Assembly (NCBI RefSeq): GCF_009834535.1
Contig: NC_045707.1
Span: 46,626,001-46,690,000 of the forward strand
Origin: Camelus ferus
Lineage: Eukaryota
Length of the DNA: 64,000 bases
Direction: 5' to 3'
Below, one piece after another: positions 1 through 13,129 of the stretch (positions are counted from its first letter, which is position 1; every line of letters begins with the position of its first letter). The translations under genes were made by a program, and so were the position numbers. The notes below the pieces were generated by a model, which saw only the letters and a program-made list of their open reading frames with translations, was not told where the DNA came from and searched no databases.

Positions 1-1004
1 GCCCATTCATGTGATCTTTGATTTGTGTGTCTTACTTCCCTGTTGGTTCAGAATTCAGAGAGGAAGAAAAATAGGATTCATCAACACCCTCAAATCCCCA
101 AAGCTGTGGAGAAATCCAGGAAGTGCAATGCCAAGTGTAAGCGTCAGTAACACTTTCCTTATTTCCCTCGCCTTGAGAGTTGCTGTGAAAGAACAAGATC
201 AGAATTTAGCACTGAGGGCACACCTATTCTTGCCTATTATGGACAAAAGCAAGGTTATTAAGAAGGCTTAAAGGTATGGATGATAGGAACAGGAAAGCCC
301 TGGGTGGAATAAAGGCACGTCTGATCTGCTCTGGAGAGAACACTGCCCCTCTGTTCTTTAGAGGGAGACAGTGCTTTGGCCCCTGCCCCCTCCACACATG
401 CTGTAAGCAGTGGTCCAGGCCTGGATTCCCTGTCCATCACACTGGGCCCGCTGTGACAGACGCACTCGTGGTCTGAGGAGAGCTTTACCTTTCCCAGCAT
501 GACAGGGAGCATCTGCGCCTTCTGTTCTCTGACTTACCGAGCTGGCCCAAGGGCCTATCTAGGTCACCTTCCTGTGCAGAGATGTCTGGCAGAATCTGAA
601 CTCTTAGCTCTGAAGGGTGACGTGGAAAAATTACAGAAGGCCAGAGCTCACGTGGGATGCCAGGGGAAACTCTGAGCACAGTGTCTTTAATCTGGGGGCA
701 AAAATCACTAACCCCTCCAAACGATCCTCTTGTGAGGTTTCTGGTCCTTTCCATCCATGATGTGCTAATTTATTGGGGGGGGGGCCTGAAATTAAAAGAA
801 GATTGAAAAAGTGAGGTGACCTATACAAACCATGGCTTAAAAAAAACTTTCCATCTGAGATTGGCTATTGACTTTGAGGTGATAAAAAGAAACTACCAAG
901 GGACAGTGGTCTGGCAATGGCTTTGTGTTAATTAAATCACCCCCAATGACTGGAGCCCTTACACTCTGAGGGGCAGCCCTGGAACCAGTTACATAACAGA
1001 GAGG

Positions 1005-1225
1005 AAAGGACACAGGCTTTGGGGCTAAACAGACCTCAATTCAAATCCAGTTCCCCTACTTACTAACTTAGCAAGTTACTTAAATTTATTGAATCTCAGT
1101 TTTCTTATCTGTAAAATGGGGATAATAATATTTATACCTCAATCAGTTTATGGTTAGAATTAAATAACATACCCAAGTTCTTAGTACAGTGGAGTACATA
1201 GTAAACATTTAACAGCTATTGATTT
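1005..1225 (+). mobile_element. MIR SINE
   Basis: MIR core ctcagttttcttatctgtaaaatggggataataata, preceded by B-box-like ttcaaatcc. Confidence 0.85.
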
Positions 1226-1556
1226 TTATTTATTGTTTCCATAAAAATTCTATCCCTTCTTTGTTATTACTCAGAACTAACAATTATAAGTGCTGATTAT
1301 CTGCTAGGTTGCTAAGCAACAGTGCTCCAGAATTTCTATGTATCAGATTTTAAGAGGGGCTAGGGAATTTGTCTTTCAGCTGCATTTGCGTATTACTCAA
1401 CAAAATACTGAGAAATATCCACCCATCTCCCTTATATAGACTCTGTTCATGTTTGGGTACTTTGTGAGGGAAGATAATGGAGATTAATAAGGGCCTAAGA
1501 AATTCTTCACAGATATCATCTCCATTCATGACAACCTCAAAGCAAGAATTTATAAT

Positions 1557-1932
1557 TGTATTAGTTTGGATTAACACTAGTTTTAACAAATCCCCAAATC
1601 TCCATGCTTTAACATAATAAGTTAATTTCTCACTCACTTCAGTCTATTATGAGTAATCCTGGGTACTCAGCCTTCGGTGTAATGTAGGAATCTAGGTTCC
1701 CTCCACCTGTGCCTCTGCCCTTCTTTAAGTCTTCAGAAGTCTCTCCTTTCAGCAGGAAGACTCGGTGGGGTAGTCACCCACTCCTTAACCACTGATCAGT
1801 CACTCCCACTCACACTCCATTGGTGAGAATAAGTCATGTGTGGCCACAAGGGAGACTGGGAAATGCAGGTGCTGACCAGGCAGCCACACGTCTACCCTGT
1901 GGATAGGTGACCAGGTGGCCACCTCTGCCGCA
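1557..1932 (-). mobile_element. MaLR LTR (old MLT1 subfamily)
   Basis: Starts tgtattag (reverse complement of LTR end ctaataca); ccattggtgagaataagtcatgtg and gggagactgggaaatgcagg motifs. Confidence 0.7.
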
Positions 1933-2399
1933 AGAACTGTCTGTATTACAGCTGGAGAAAGTGAGGCTTAGGGAGCTTAGCTAAATAGTCTAAGGGCAGA
2001 ACCAGCAGGGGTTGATGGTAGACCATGCCTTTTTAATGATTATTCCAAACTGCCTCTAACAGTGGCCACTGATTATGGGGGAAAGAATAAGGCATAAGAA
2101 GAAAAGGCTTCCCTGGTTCATCTCTCTCCTCTACTTGTGGGCACTCTCAGGCTGGAGCTTTTAGTCCCACACAGTCTCATTTCTGCCAAGTTTGCAGTTG
2201 GAGTCCCAGGACGCTGAAAAACAGAACTGCAGAGCCCCATGGTCTACTGTGATGGTGTTTCCTCCACCCATCTCTTCATGGCCAGCCCATTTATTTTCAC
2301 TTTGCCAGACAGATGAATTCGTTCTATTTTTAGGGGTCTTTAGGGAAGTAGTCAGATGCTCTCTCCCTAGCCCACTCTAGTGTTCCAGTGCTGTTTTCG

Positions 2400-2848
2400 T
2401 GTAGTAGACTCTGGGGTGCACCACCCAGCTCAGCCCCCCTTCTACGGGCCAGTGCATGCATCTCACAGCTGTTTTAAGTGTTGGCTGCTATGGGATCTCA
2501 GCTGTACCCTCCTTAAGAATTGTCCTCAGCCAATGGGGACCTCCTCACCCAGAGATACTGGGGAGATTATGTTCCCCTCAACTTTTCAAGGGTGGTCTGC
2601 ACCTGTGCCTGATTGATACTGGGGTGTAAAATCCTGGTCCTCTTGTCTTGAGGTGAGACAAATCCTTGGTGCTGTTCAAAGCTCCAGAGCTCCCTCTGGG
2701 ATGATGCTGAGGCTAGACTTGAGGGGAACCCACATCTTTATCTTCTTCCCCTGCTCTAATCCATGTCCTTAACTCCCTTGCATCCTTCTCCTGAAACCCT
2801 TCCCAGAAGAATACCAATCTCTGCTTTTAGGGAACCAACTCTAAGACA
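2400..2848 (+). mobile_element. ERVL-class solo LTR (LTR16-like)
   Basis: gctccagagctccc...gctgaggctagact motifs; ends ctgcttttagggaaccaactctaagaca. Confidence 0.7.
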
Positions 2849-3205
2849 GTACCCAACTAGGAACTTCTTATTTTCCTAATCACAAGCCTCCATTCTTGGA
2901 GGTCATAGCAAACAGCCAATCACTTTTTGCAACTACCTCATAATTAGAAGACATGAAATGCCTGCTTCCCTCCCACCTTCCATTCTCCAGAAACAATTCT
3001 TGCTTTGTTAACCACTGTTCATGGTTTCAGTTTTAGTGTCAGCATCATTGCCCAGAACATGGGAGTCTAGAATTGACCCATTCAGCAGGAAATGGGACAA
3101 TGGGAGGATTACTCTGTCAAGCATCACTTCTACAGCCAGCCATAACAACAATGAATGGTTTTTCCATCTTTATGTCATTTAGCCATCATCACAACTCTGT
3201 GGGAT

Positions 3206-3679
3206 CAAACTTTTGGTCATTTAATCTTTGACAAAGGAGGCAAGAACATACAGTGGAGTAAAGACAGTCTCTTCAGCAAATGGTGTTGGGAAACTGGACA
3301 GCTGCATGTAAATCAATGAAGTTAGAACACTCCCTCACACCATACACGAAAATACTCAAAATGGCATGAAGACTTAAACATAAGACACGACACTATAAAC
3401 CTCCTGAAAGAAAACCTAGGCAAAATATTATCTGACATAAATCTCAGCAGTGTTCTCTCCTAGGGCAGTCTACCCAAGCAATAGAAATAAAAGCAAAAAT
3501 AAACAAATGGGACCTAGTTAAACTTATAAGTTTTTGCATACAAAGGAAACCATAAGCAAAACAAAAAGACAACCTATGGAATGGGAGAAAATATTTGCAA
3601 AAGATCAGACTGACAAGGGCTTAATCTCCAGAAAAAATAAACAGCTCATACAATTTAATAAGGAAAAAAACCAAACAAC
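3206..3679 (+). mobile_element. LINE-1 ORF2 C-terminal fragment (relatively young), no 3' UTR
   Basis: ttaatctttgacaaaggaggcaagaac...ctcttcagcaaatggtgttgggaaactgg encodes the L1 ORF2 LIFDK...SLFSKWCWE motif. Confidence 0.9.
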
Positions 3680-3919
3680 TTCACTGTGACGAACACCAGG
3701 GTAAAGATGGTAAATGGATAATCAGAGGGAGATGATAGGTTGGAGAAGCTACTGCAACTTAGAACAAAATTAGCTCTGAGCATCTTGGCTGTCTTGGTTA
3801 AAACAGACCTCCCTCTTCCTGCCTCCCTCCCTCCCTTTCTTTCTTATCTATCACCTACCTATCTATAGCTATCAATGACCTATTGCCAATGATAGATGTG
3901 CGTTTGTGTGTGCACAAAT

Positions 3920-5122
3920 CCAATGAAAAATATAATTACTTCAAAATGTTATTTGCCCTTCTCCCCATGTTGTATTTTGCACTAAGGTTGCAGTAGCAAC
4001 GGTGGGTAAAAATTGCTGGTGGCTCAGTGTGAATCATGGCACCAAACTGTAGTCACTATTCTTCACCACCACACAGAGTGAAAAAACAGTATTTTACTTA
4101 AGAATGTCCTTGAAGCAGTAAAAGTTATTAGTTTGATTACATCTCCACCCTTGACTCGGGAAGTACACATGAAGCATTTCTACCCCAAAGCAAATGATGG
4201 TTGTCCAGAGAAATTTGTGCAGTTGTTTGAATTGGAAACTGAACCAGCTGTTTTTTACAGGTAACACCACTCTTACTTGGAATAATAACTGATGGACAAA
4301 CTCCGACTATTCAGTCTTGTTTGTTAGAAGTATTTGTTAGAAGTATTTTCAAAAAATGTAGTGAGTTAAGCATATCAAGGAAAACAACAGACAATATTTG
4401 CTGCCAGGAATAAAATCTAAGCTTTCAAAAGAAATTTGAATGAGATTAGTGGTGATATTAATGAATGTGAGATTTTTATATTGTATAGTGAATTGGGTCA
4501 ACATTTGGAAGATCTGCATAACTCAGTGAACTAATATTTTCCAAATGATCAGTGCACATATTACAAAATTCAAAGTACAAGGTTTTAATGTAATCAAGTA
4601 TGGAAAATTCATTGGTATGTCTTCAGATTTCACATGGCAAATAACCATTAAGAAACTACTATTTGTCAAGTTTTGGTGCAATATCAAAGAATATTTATAA
4701 TTATCTGAAAAAGCTGTTAACAGACTTCTTTTCCAGCTACATACTTACATGAGCTTAATTTTCTATATATACTTCAACTAAAAGAACAGATCATAAGAGT
4801 CTGAGTACAGAAGCAGATATGTCTTCTATTATTGCCTTTAAGTTAGACACCGAAGAAATTTGCAAAAATGTAAAATGATGCTGCTCTTATTAAATTTTTC
4901 TTTGGAAATTAGAGTTTTCATAAAAATATTTCTTTTCATATATAATAGGTTTATTATTGTCACTTTTAAAAGAGTGAATAACTATTTTAGAAATGTCTCA
5001 GTTTTAATTTCTAAGATGATAGATATTGATAGTTATAACACAAAACCAAAAGCTTTTTAAGGTCTTCAATACTCTTTAATACTGTAAAGGGGTCCTGAGA
5101 CCAAAACAGTTTGAGGACTCCG
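3920..5122 (+). mobile_element. hAT-Charlie DNA transposon remnant (Charlie1-like)
   Basis: Decayed transposase-region sequence; terminal aaggggtcctgagaccaaaacagtttgag resembles the Charlie1 3' end. Confidence 0.8.
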
Positions 5123-5426
5123 AACCAGGACATTCTCATGTGACCCAGTCTTGACTGATGGGGCGGTCTCCTGAGAAAGGTTTCTATCCTTCAGTAGAAA
5201 GTTTCTATGCACGGAAGTGATGGTGTGAAGATGTGATTGTTGTAGCAGAGGCAGGTCTTGCAACCACAAGGAGAGAAGCTGACATATTAAAGCCAGATAG
5301 CTGGTGACTCAAGTCCTGCCCAACACAAAACCAAGGTGTTGACCGTTATACCCTACTGTCGCTCACTGTTAGAATGGCAAGGAGAGACCTAAAGAACCTG
5401 AATGTAACAATGGTTTGCATACACAG

Positions 5427-5670
5427 TACACGTCCTACTCTACCCATTGGAAAGTAGAGGGATTCTATGAAACGCTTCCTAAGCTGAAATGGCGTAAAGT
5501 GACTAGCATTTTCCACTTTCTGAAAGCTCACATTATACCACTTTGCTTTTACGGAAGATCTACATTAGTCCCTGCTTTTGTTAACCGAAAGAAATCCAAA
5601 GAGAATTTTTCCTTTTATGAAAAAGCCATTACCTGTACTAACACAGGTAAAAAGGAGGGGATACGTGTAC
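5427..5670. mobile_element. TcMar-Tigger family MITE
   Basis: Inverted ends acagtacacgt (5423-5433) and acgtgtactgt (5663-5673); internal aagctgaaatggcgtaaag and aaccgaaagaaatcc motifs. Confidence 0.65.
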
Positions 5671-5789
5671 TGTCTCCTAAAAGCCAGCATGGTGATTGCT
5701 TACAGAGATGGCCTGTAGAGCGTGTAGGAGCCATGATATAATCAGACCCATGGATTGGCCTACAGTTTTAGGGAAATTTGGAGAGGGTT

Positions 5790-6237
5790 TGTAGTGCTGA
5801 ATAGTGTTGCCCTCTTGCCACTGCCACCCCCCAATTCTTGTCCATCTGGAAACTTCCCACGTGAGCTTATATAGAAATAAGGACTTTGCAGATGTAATTA
5901 ATTAACTTAAAATGCAGTCGTACTGAATTAAGTTAGGCCCTACATCCAATGACTGATGTCTTTATGAGAGAGGAGACAGAGACAGGCACAGAGGAGAAGG
6001 CCGAGGGATGACAGAGATGGAGATTGGAGCTATGTAGCTACAAGCCAGAAAGGCAAGGATTTCCAGGAGCTACCAGAAGCTGGGAAGACGTGAGGAAGGA
6101 GTATCCCTGAGAGGCTTCAAAGGGAGCACGGCTCTGCACACACCTTCATTACATAATTCTAGCCCCTAGAACTGAGAGAGAATAGATTTCTGTTGTTTTA
6201 GGCCACCTGGCTCAGGTAGCCCTAATAAATGAATACA
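5790..6237 (+). mobile_element. MaLR solo LTR (MLT1C/D-like)
   Basis: TG...CA ends; ctttgcagatgtaatta, ccagaagctgggaag, agaactgagagagaatagatttctgttgtttta; near-TSD gggtt/gggct. Confidence 0.9.
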
Positions 6238-6439
6238 GGGCTCAGAAGAGAATCTTCATGGTGTTTGAAGTTAGGAAAATTAGCTGTCTGAGGATCTGAA
6301 GCCTAGACCAGGAGAAAAACCACTGCTTATCCTTGAGTCCAAGCTTACTGTGTTTTTCATAAAGGAAAATAAGCAACCAACTATTTTCTCTGCCTCCCCT
6401 GGGAAGAACAAGAAGTGGCCACCTGGGAAGCTCTACAGT

Positions 6440-6600
6440 GGGAATCTAGTTGTGGTTTTGGTTCTGCCTCCTGGTTCTAGATCTGTTGGGCTATTGAGCT
6501 TTAAGCAAGCATCTTCACCCTCTAGCATGTTAGTTTTCTCGTCTGTAATATGAGGGGTTGGACCAGATGAGCTAAAAGAGGTCATCTAACTCTATAAACT
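6440..6600 (+). mobile_element. MIR SINE fragment
   Basis: ttagttttctcgtctgtaatatgaggggttggaccagatg. Confidence 0.65.
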
Positions 6601-6784
6601 TGTATTATTCTTATTTTTTTTTATGGTGAGGCAATTTTTTCTGGATAGAAGAGAGAAGTTTTCATGTTCCAATGGATTACCAAATGATATTATGGATTTT
6701 CTTCTTTGGAACTATTTGTGAACAGGATCAATCTGATAGCTGCAACTTGAGGAGTCAACTGTGTCCTGTGTAATTGCCCCTGAA

Positions 6785-7180
6785 AACAGGATTTGCCAAA
6801 TTCAAAAGCCTTCAGGAAGCAGACAGTAACAGAAGTGAGTCAAGCCGCCTGGATGTAATAAAATAGGGAATGGTGGGGACTGTGACAAAGACTAGGTGTT
6901 CTAGAATAGGGAATGGTGGAGTTATGGCAAACTAGAGGGCTCCTGTGCCCTTCAAAGGAAGCACTGCTTAGCTCCAGCAAGTTGTTGCCAAGCAGCAAAG
7001 TCAACTGAGGATGCCAAATCTTCAGATTTTGCAAAGGAAGCCAGAATATAAATGTGGAGTCTCTCAAATTTTAAACATCTTTGTAACCGAATTGAATTTA
7101 AAAAACAACATTGCTGGATAAACAGAACACTTCTATTGACTCCAATGTGGTCCCTCAAGTTACCAGTTTGTAACATTTGC
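6785..7180. mobile_element. hAT-Charlie non-autonomous element (MER102-like)
   Basis: tggtggggactgtg...cagctccagc...gttgttgcca...tgccaaatcttcagattt motifs. Confidence 0.65.
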
Positions 7181-7810
7181 TTTAGGGCCTTGAAGTCAAT
7201 ATTTACTAAAACTAATAAACAACTTAATGAAATACCCAAGAATCTTAATATCCCTTGTTTGCCAATTTATATGGGGAAAATAGTTTTGGGAGGTGTCCTA
7301 AGAATATATGACATTATCTCCACTTTGTGGTTAAGGAAACCAAAGGGGAACAAGTTTCCACTACTAAATAAAGCTGTAAGTACAACTTAAATTTAGAACT
7401 TAGATTTGCTGACTCTTTACCGGTATTCTTTCCATCAGCTCCTTCTGCCATTCATAGTAATGAGAGGGTACCAGGAAAAAGTTATTTGCATGAACATGTC
7501 CGCATGCACGTGGATTTTGGTACTGGAAGCAGCCCAAAGATATAAATATTATCTTAAGATAAATGGAAAGTTCTGTCTGAACCTTGTTATATAGCAAGAA
7601 AAGAAAATGATTGGGATATTTGACGTTGGTTCCAGTTATCTTGTAATTATAGGATGTTGTTGAAGTTGTTAAGGACCAAAATATCGTTAAGACATAGAAA
7701 AGGTCATACGAAATAACTGGAAAGCTACCAGAAAAGCAGAAGGGAAAATATCAAAGACTCCAGAGGCAGTTATATGTGGTTACTATTACTTGCAAATGAC
7801 ACTATCCATC

Positions 7811-8270
7811 TGTGATGGTTAATCTTATGTGTCAACCTGACCTAAGGGATGCCCAGATAGCTGGTAAAACATTATTTCTGGATGTTTCTGTGAAGGTGTT
7901 TCTAGAAGAGATTAGCGTTTGAATAAGTAGACTGAATAAAGATGGTCCTCGGCAAAGCAGGTAGGCACTTCCCAATTCATGGAGAGTCTGAATCTAACAG
8001 AAAGGCGGAGGAAGGGTGACTTTACTCCCTGCCTGAGCTGAGACATCCATCTTCTCCTGCCCTCACACATTGGTGCTCTGACTCTTGGGCCTTCAGACTC
8101 AGACTGGGATTTACACCATTGGTTCCTCTGATTCTCTGGCCTTCAGCTTTCAGCTGGAGCTACATCATCAGCTTTCCTGGGCCTCCAGCTTGCAGAGGGC
8201 AGAGCATGGGGCTTCCCAGCATCCAGTCATGCAAGCCAACCCTTCATAAGAAGCCCCCCTCTCTCTGTGT
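7811..8270 (+). mobile_element. ERVL LTR (MLT2), 3'-truncated at a (CA)n tract
   Basis: Starts tgtgatggttaatcttatgtgtcaac; gggtctccagcttgcaga-like motif near 8180. Confidence 0.9.
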
Positions 8271-8304
8271 GTATACACACACACACATACACACACTATA
8301 CATC

Positions 8305-8470
8305 TTTTCATTCATCCTCCATTCATTTGCTTAATAACTGCTGTTTGAGAACTATTATATTTTAGGTAATATATAAGCAAAAAAGAGACAATAGTAAACA
8401 AGATAGACATGGTTTCTTTTCACCCAAAGCTTCCTGTATAGAGGGGAACAGATAATTAGCAGCGAGCAGG
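8305..8470 (-). mobile_element. L2 3' end fragment
   Basis: ttcattcatcctccattcattt tail, then agatagacatggtttct...aagcttcc. Confidence 0.55.
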
Positions 8471-8669
8471 GACCCTAAATATTCAAGCCCAAAAGATGAA
8501 TTAGCATTTGTGACCCTTTACCTGCCAAGCATTTGACCAAGTGTCATCTTGTTCACCTAGTCACAGTTTGTTTCTCAGTGGAAACATCAGCAGTGTGCAT
8601 CTTAATCCTCTGCTTAGAAATGTAAACCCAAATTTGAGGAAGACATGGAGCCAAGACTGGCATCTTAAA

Positions 8670-8790
8670 ATACAGCATTAGTGTAACTGGAAAGAAGTAA
8701 GAAGACCTGGGTTCTTGTCTTGTCTCTCCCACTTAATAGCTGTGTGCAGGTCACTTGCCTCTGAACCTCAGCTCCTTTTCTTTATGTGAC
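8670..8790 (+). mobile_element. MIR SINE fragment
   Basis: agaagacctgggttct...gctgtgtg...gtcacttgcctctgaacctcag. Confidence 0.75.
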
Positions 8791-8869
8791 AGTGCACTGT
8801 GACCTGGAGATGCCTCTATCAATTAGCTTTATTATTCTGACTTCTGTACTTCTAAAACATGGTAAAAGT

Positions 8870-9100
8870 GTATTTTGTACACAAAGGGTGAATCCTAATG
8901 TAAACTATAGACTGTGGTTAATAATAATATATCAATATCAGTTTGTCAATTGTAACAAATGTACCACATTTGGACTTGCAAGATGTTAGTAACAGTGGAA
9001 ACTGTATATGAAGGTGGGGAGAAGGGGAATATGAGAACTCTCTGTACTTTCTGCTCAATTTTTCTGTAAACCTAAAACTGCTCTTAAAAAATGAAGTCTA
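8870..9100 (+). mobile_element. Old L1 3' UTR (L1MC-like)
   Basis: gtgaatcctaatgtaaactatagact...ctctgtactttctgctcaatttttctgtaaacctaaaactgctc. Confidence 0.85.
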
Positions 9101-9453
9101 AGTCAGAAGGAGAAAGACAAATGTCATATGTGGAATCTAAAATATGACACAAATGAACTTATTTACAAAACGGAAACAGACTCACAGACATATAAAACAA
9201 ACTTATGATTACCAAAGGTTTCAGGGGGTGGGGGAGGGATAAATTAGGAGTTTGGGATTAGCAGTTATAAACTACTATATATAAAATAGATAAACAACAA
9301 GGTCCTACTGTATAGCACGGGGAACTATGTTCAATATCCTGCAATAAACCACAATGGAAAAGAATATGAAAAAGAATACGTATAACTGAATCACTGTGCT
9401 TGCTGTACACCAGAAAGTAACACAACATTGTAAATTAACTATACTTCAGTAAA
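9101..9453 (+). mobile_element. Younger L1 3' end inserted in the tail of the older L1
   Basis: gtggaatctaaaatatgacacaaatgaac...gtcctactgtatagcac...ctatacttca; TSD aagtcta at 9094-9100 and 9454-9460. Confidence 0.9.
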
Positions 9454-10733
9454 AAGTCTATTAATTAAATAAAGATCAGAAAGATTCCTTAGTATCACCA
9501 ATCTGTTAAATTTATAATCTACCCTCAAAAGGTGTATTTTGTTAAGTAAATTAAACTTGTTTATATTGTTAGTCTGCTAAGAAAAGCTTTTCTACAGATA
9601 GAACAAAAGTGAGTTTGGTCTATCCTCTTTGAATAATCATAAATCACACACAGTGGGGTCCACTAGTGTGGTTTCCTCTGCTTGCCAACAGAACACACCT
9701 GCCTTTTGTGACCTGACCTGGAAACACATCAGGTGTCAGTTTTTCCCCCAAATCAGAACTTCACTGTAACTTCATCTAGCCCAGCAAGGATGGTCAGTTT
9801 TTCTCAGATTTTGAGCCCAGGAGGATGACAGTACCCAGAAAGAATAGAGAGGCTAAAAGTCACTGGAAAGAAATGTCATTAACCTGATCTTGAACATGAA
9901 GAGTTCGAGGATCAAATTAAAAGATGTATCAAAGCATTAAAAAGAAAGATGGTCATTACTTGAGAACTTATTTTTCTCCTGTCTGAAGTCCTGTTCCTGC
10001 CTTCAAAATGTGCACAACATCATTTAAAACAAAGTAGTTTTCCCTTTATTTGGACCTCACTTTGGGAGTAGAGAAGCCTTGCCCTTGTAATATAGGATAA
10101 GGGCAGAGGGAAGGGAAAGGCTTTTGGTTTCCCACAGGATATACACTTGGTTGCTAAGTTTTTTGTTTTTGTTTTGTTTTTTTTGTTGCAATGTTTTTAC
10201 AGCATTTTCCAATGCTTTCAACTGCTAGGATTAGCTAAAAAGAGAGAGAGAGAGTGATTACCCTGCAATGCCAACTCTCAACTGTTTGCAAAACTTCCTC
10301 CTTAATCCAGGTAGGGGCAAAGTAACGACTATACAACATTGTTTCAGAGTAGGGGTCAAAACAAAGTTGGGTGTCACCAGAGGAAGCGGGAAAGTAAATC
10401 TGAGACTCCCAAGGAAATCCTCAGACAAGGATTTTTAATTTGGTAAATTGTACAATGTAGAGAAAAAGCAACAAAAGGAAATCTCTTTCTCTCCCCACAT
10501 ATGACTTTCAATGTCCCTGTACTGATATCACTTCCCTCCTGCTATCCACCCTCTCACTCTTCATATACCAAGGCTGCTTGTTCAGAGCAAGTCCCAGTTG
10601 ACAGCTATCTCCTTGGTCTAGCAAACTTACTGAATGATGAGATCAGCAACTCTAGACAAGCATTCTGTTACCCAAAAACATGCCCCCCAAATCTACTTCC
10701 GAGACATCTTTTATATCCTCCTTCTCTCTTATG

Positions 10734-11391
10734 GAGTCAACTCTCATTATTCACAGTAGTTAGGTTCTATAAAGTCACTGTGAACTCCGAATTCGTGAAT
10801 CTTGAACTACTGCTCCAAGAGGAAATACAGGGTTAGGTTCCTGTGCGCCTCTGGTCACAAAATTTTTATCAATCAAATATAACCTAGTTTTCTGTGTGTT
10901 TCTGTTCAAAGATACCTTATTTAATATACACTGTAGGTTCATTAACACTGAACGCATAACCAAAAGCTCTATAACTCAAGCCTGAATGAAGCTTACCTAA
11001 CACATGCACTTTTCCCATAAGGCACATCACAGCCTTCTCACACTTAGGAAGACTAGACAATTCTTTAGCATCACGCTTGAGGCAGCTTTAAACAGTGACA
11101 TCACATCATCACCAACAGAAGGCAGAAAAATGTGAAAAACACAGCACTAGATATCCTGTGAAAAGGATGCTTATTTACAGCATGAGAGCTGAAACAAGAA
11201 TGCAGAGCACTGCCTTGTTCAACCTCAGCTGGGAGTATACGTGTTGGGAGACATGCTTTGCTGCTCTGAGCATGCACATATCCAGGAATAACCATGAAGG
11301 TGCTGCAAGTATTGTTTTGGGGGCTACAAGTGAATTTTAGCAAGTAGGAGAATCTGCAAATATGGAATTTGATAATAATGAAGATCCATAG
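10734..11391 (+). mobile_element. TcMar-Tigger non-autonomous element (MER82-like), near full length
   Basis: 5' gagtcaactctcattattcacagtagtt; ggaaatacagggttaggttcctg; 3' aataatgaagatccatag forms a degenerate inverted terminus. Confidence 0.85.
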
Positions 11392-11439
11392 TACTTTCAA
11401 TCCTTTCTTCCCTTCTTCCTCATCAGCAGCATTTTGATA

Positions 11440-12965
11440 TTCTCAAGTTTTTCTTATGTTAATAAAAACTCTACCTCCTGCTGCCCTTCAATTGCTACCT
11501 TCTCCCTCTGCTCTCCTTCTCAAAGTTGTTGCAAGAGATCATCATGTCTTCATCTTGAAAGAGAGCTCCTCATTTGCCCTCTTCACTTGCTTGTCTTCTA
11601 CTTCTTGTCCACCCCCATCAGACTTTTTCAACCCCATCACTACTGAAATTGCTCTTGCCAAAATGTTAGTAATGGTCTTCATTTAGTCAAGTCCATATCC
11701 TTGTCTATTTTGACTTCAGTGAAGCACTCAGCACTGTGAATTACTCCCTCCTTTAAAGCACTCATCTCCTGGAATGACTGTCCACCCTGCTCTCTGCCTC
11801 TCTTGGGGTAGATAGACTCAGTCTCCCTTTTTTGAATGTCCTTTCTTCCTCTGCCTGAGATCACTGACCATCTTCTCTTCTCACTCTTCACTCTCCCTGG
11901 GTGGTCTCATCACTTCCATGGTGTCAAGTAGACCACCTCGGGGCTGATGATTCTTAAATCTAGGTCTTCATCCCAAACCTCTGTCTTAAACTTCCAACTC
12001 ACGTCCAGCTACCAGCTGCATATTACCACTTGAAGGTTCCACAGGTCTTCAATGTGTTCAGACCAACATGTCTAAAGTTGAGCTTACAACTTGCTACTCA
12101 AACTGCTGTTTCCTGTATTTCCTGACTTAGTGTACAGCATCACCATTCACCCAAGTCAGAAACCAGGAAGTCACTTTTTTTTTTTTCCTTTTCCCTTATC
12201 TCACCACACAATCTGCAGCTCTACTGCCCTAGTATCTCTAAATCTATCCACCCCGATTACCCCTACTGCCAGTACTTTGGCTCCATCAACCATTCTCTTC
12301 TACCAGGATTATTGCCGTCACCTCCCAGTTTATCTTGTGACTTCCATCTTGTCCCTCTTCAACTGTTCCTCTGAGAGTGATCTTTCTAAAATTTAAATCT
12401 TATTACTGAATCACGCTGCTTGAAGTCTTTCAACAACTCCTCACTGTCTTCAGGTTAAAACCCAAACTTCTTAACCATGGTTCTTAAGTCATTCTGTACT
12501 CTGAATGGCACTTAGATCTCCAGGTGAATCTCTCAATCCCTCTTTCACCCAACCCTTTCTCGGCCTGCCCTACACATCACACTCATATTGACTTCCTGTT
12601 TCCTGAAAACACTGCTTGCTCTCGACCTCAAGCCTTCAGAAGAGCTGGTCTCCTCTGAAACTCTCCACTAGTACCCCTTCATCTGGAAAATAACCACTTA
12701 ACCAACTTAGAGGTCACTTTCTCCAGCAAGCCCTCTCTGATGCCCCCTCCCCAAGATCAAGGTTTAGGTCTCTCGTATGTATCTTCTTCACACCCTACTT
12801 ACTCCAATTCTAGCTTGTACCTTGCTGTCTTGTAATGGAAATGCACCATGCCTCTTGCCACCACTAGACTAGACATTTCTGGAGGATAGGAAATGGATCT
12901 GGCTTATTTTTAGCTTCCAGGTCCTAGAAGAGTGCCTGGGACATAACAGACAATAAATGACTGTA
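11440..12965 (+). mobile_element. L2 LINE (decayed RT region to 3' end)
   Basis: tactgaaattgctcttgccaaa (TEIALAK, cf. L2 RT motif TETALAK); pyrimidine-rich body; 3' cctagaagagtgcctgggacata. Confidence 0.85.
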
Positions 12966-13129
12966 TATGGCTCCTGTTTTGGATTCCCTTGTAGTTCCTT
13001 AAAAGAAACTGAATAAAACAATCAAAGGATACTGAAAATCATTGTCTCTCATGTTAGGTCTTCTAAGTGAGTGGTTCTCTTCACCTATCCTCACTTCTTT
13101 GCCCCCAGTTAAAATAACCGTGGTAGGAA

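Noticed and set aside
4320..4345. Short tandem doublets (also ~33021, ~34727, ~39754, ~58479)
   Set aside because: Ordinary 9-14 bp slippage duplications; no spacer-repeat organisation, so not CRISPR-like
3920..5122. Charlie transposase as a domesticated gene
   Set aside because: No transposase-like ORF survives in the ORF track; many stops and indels
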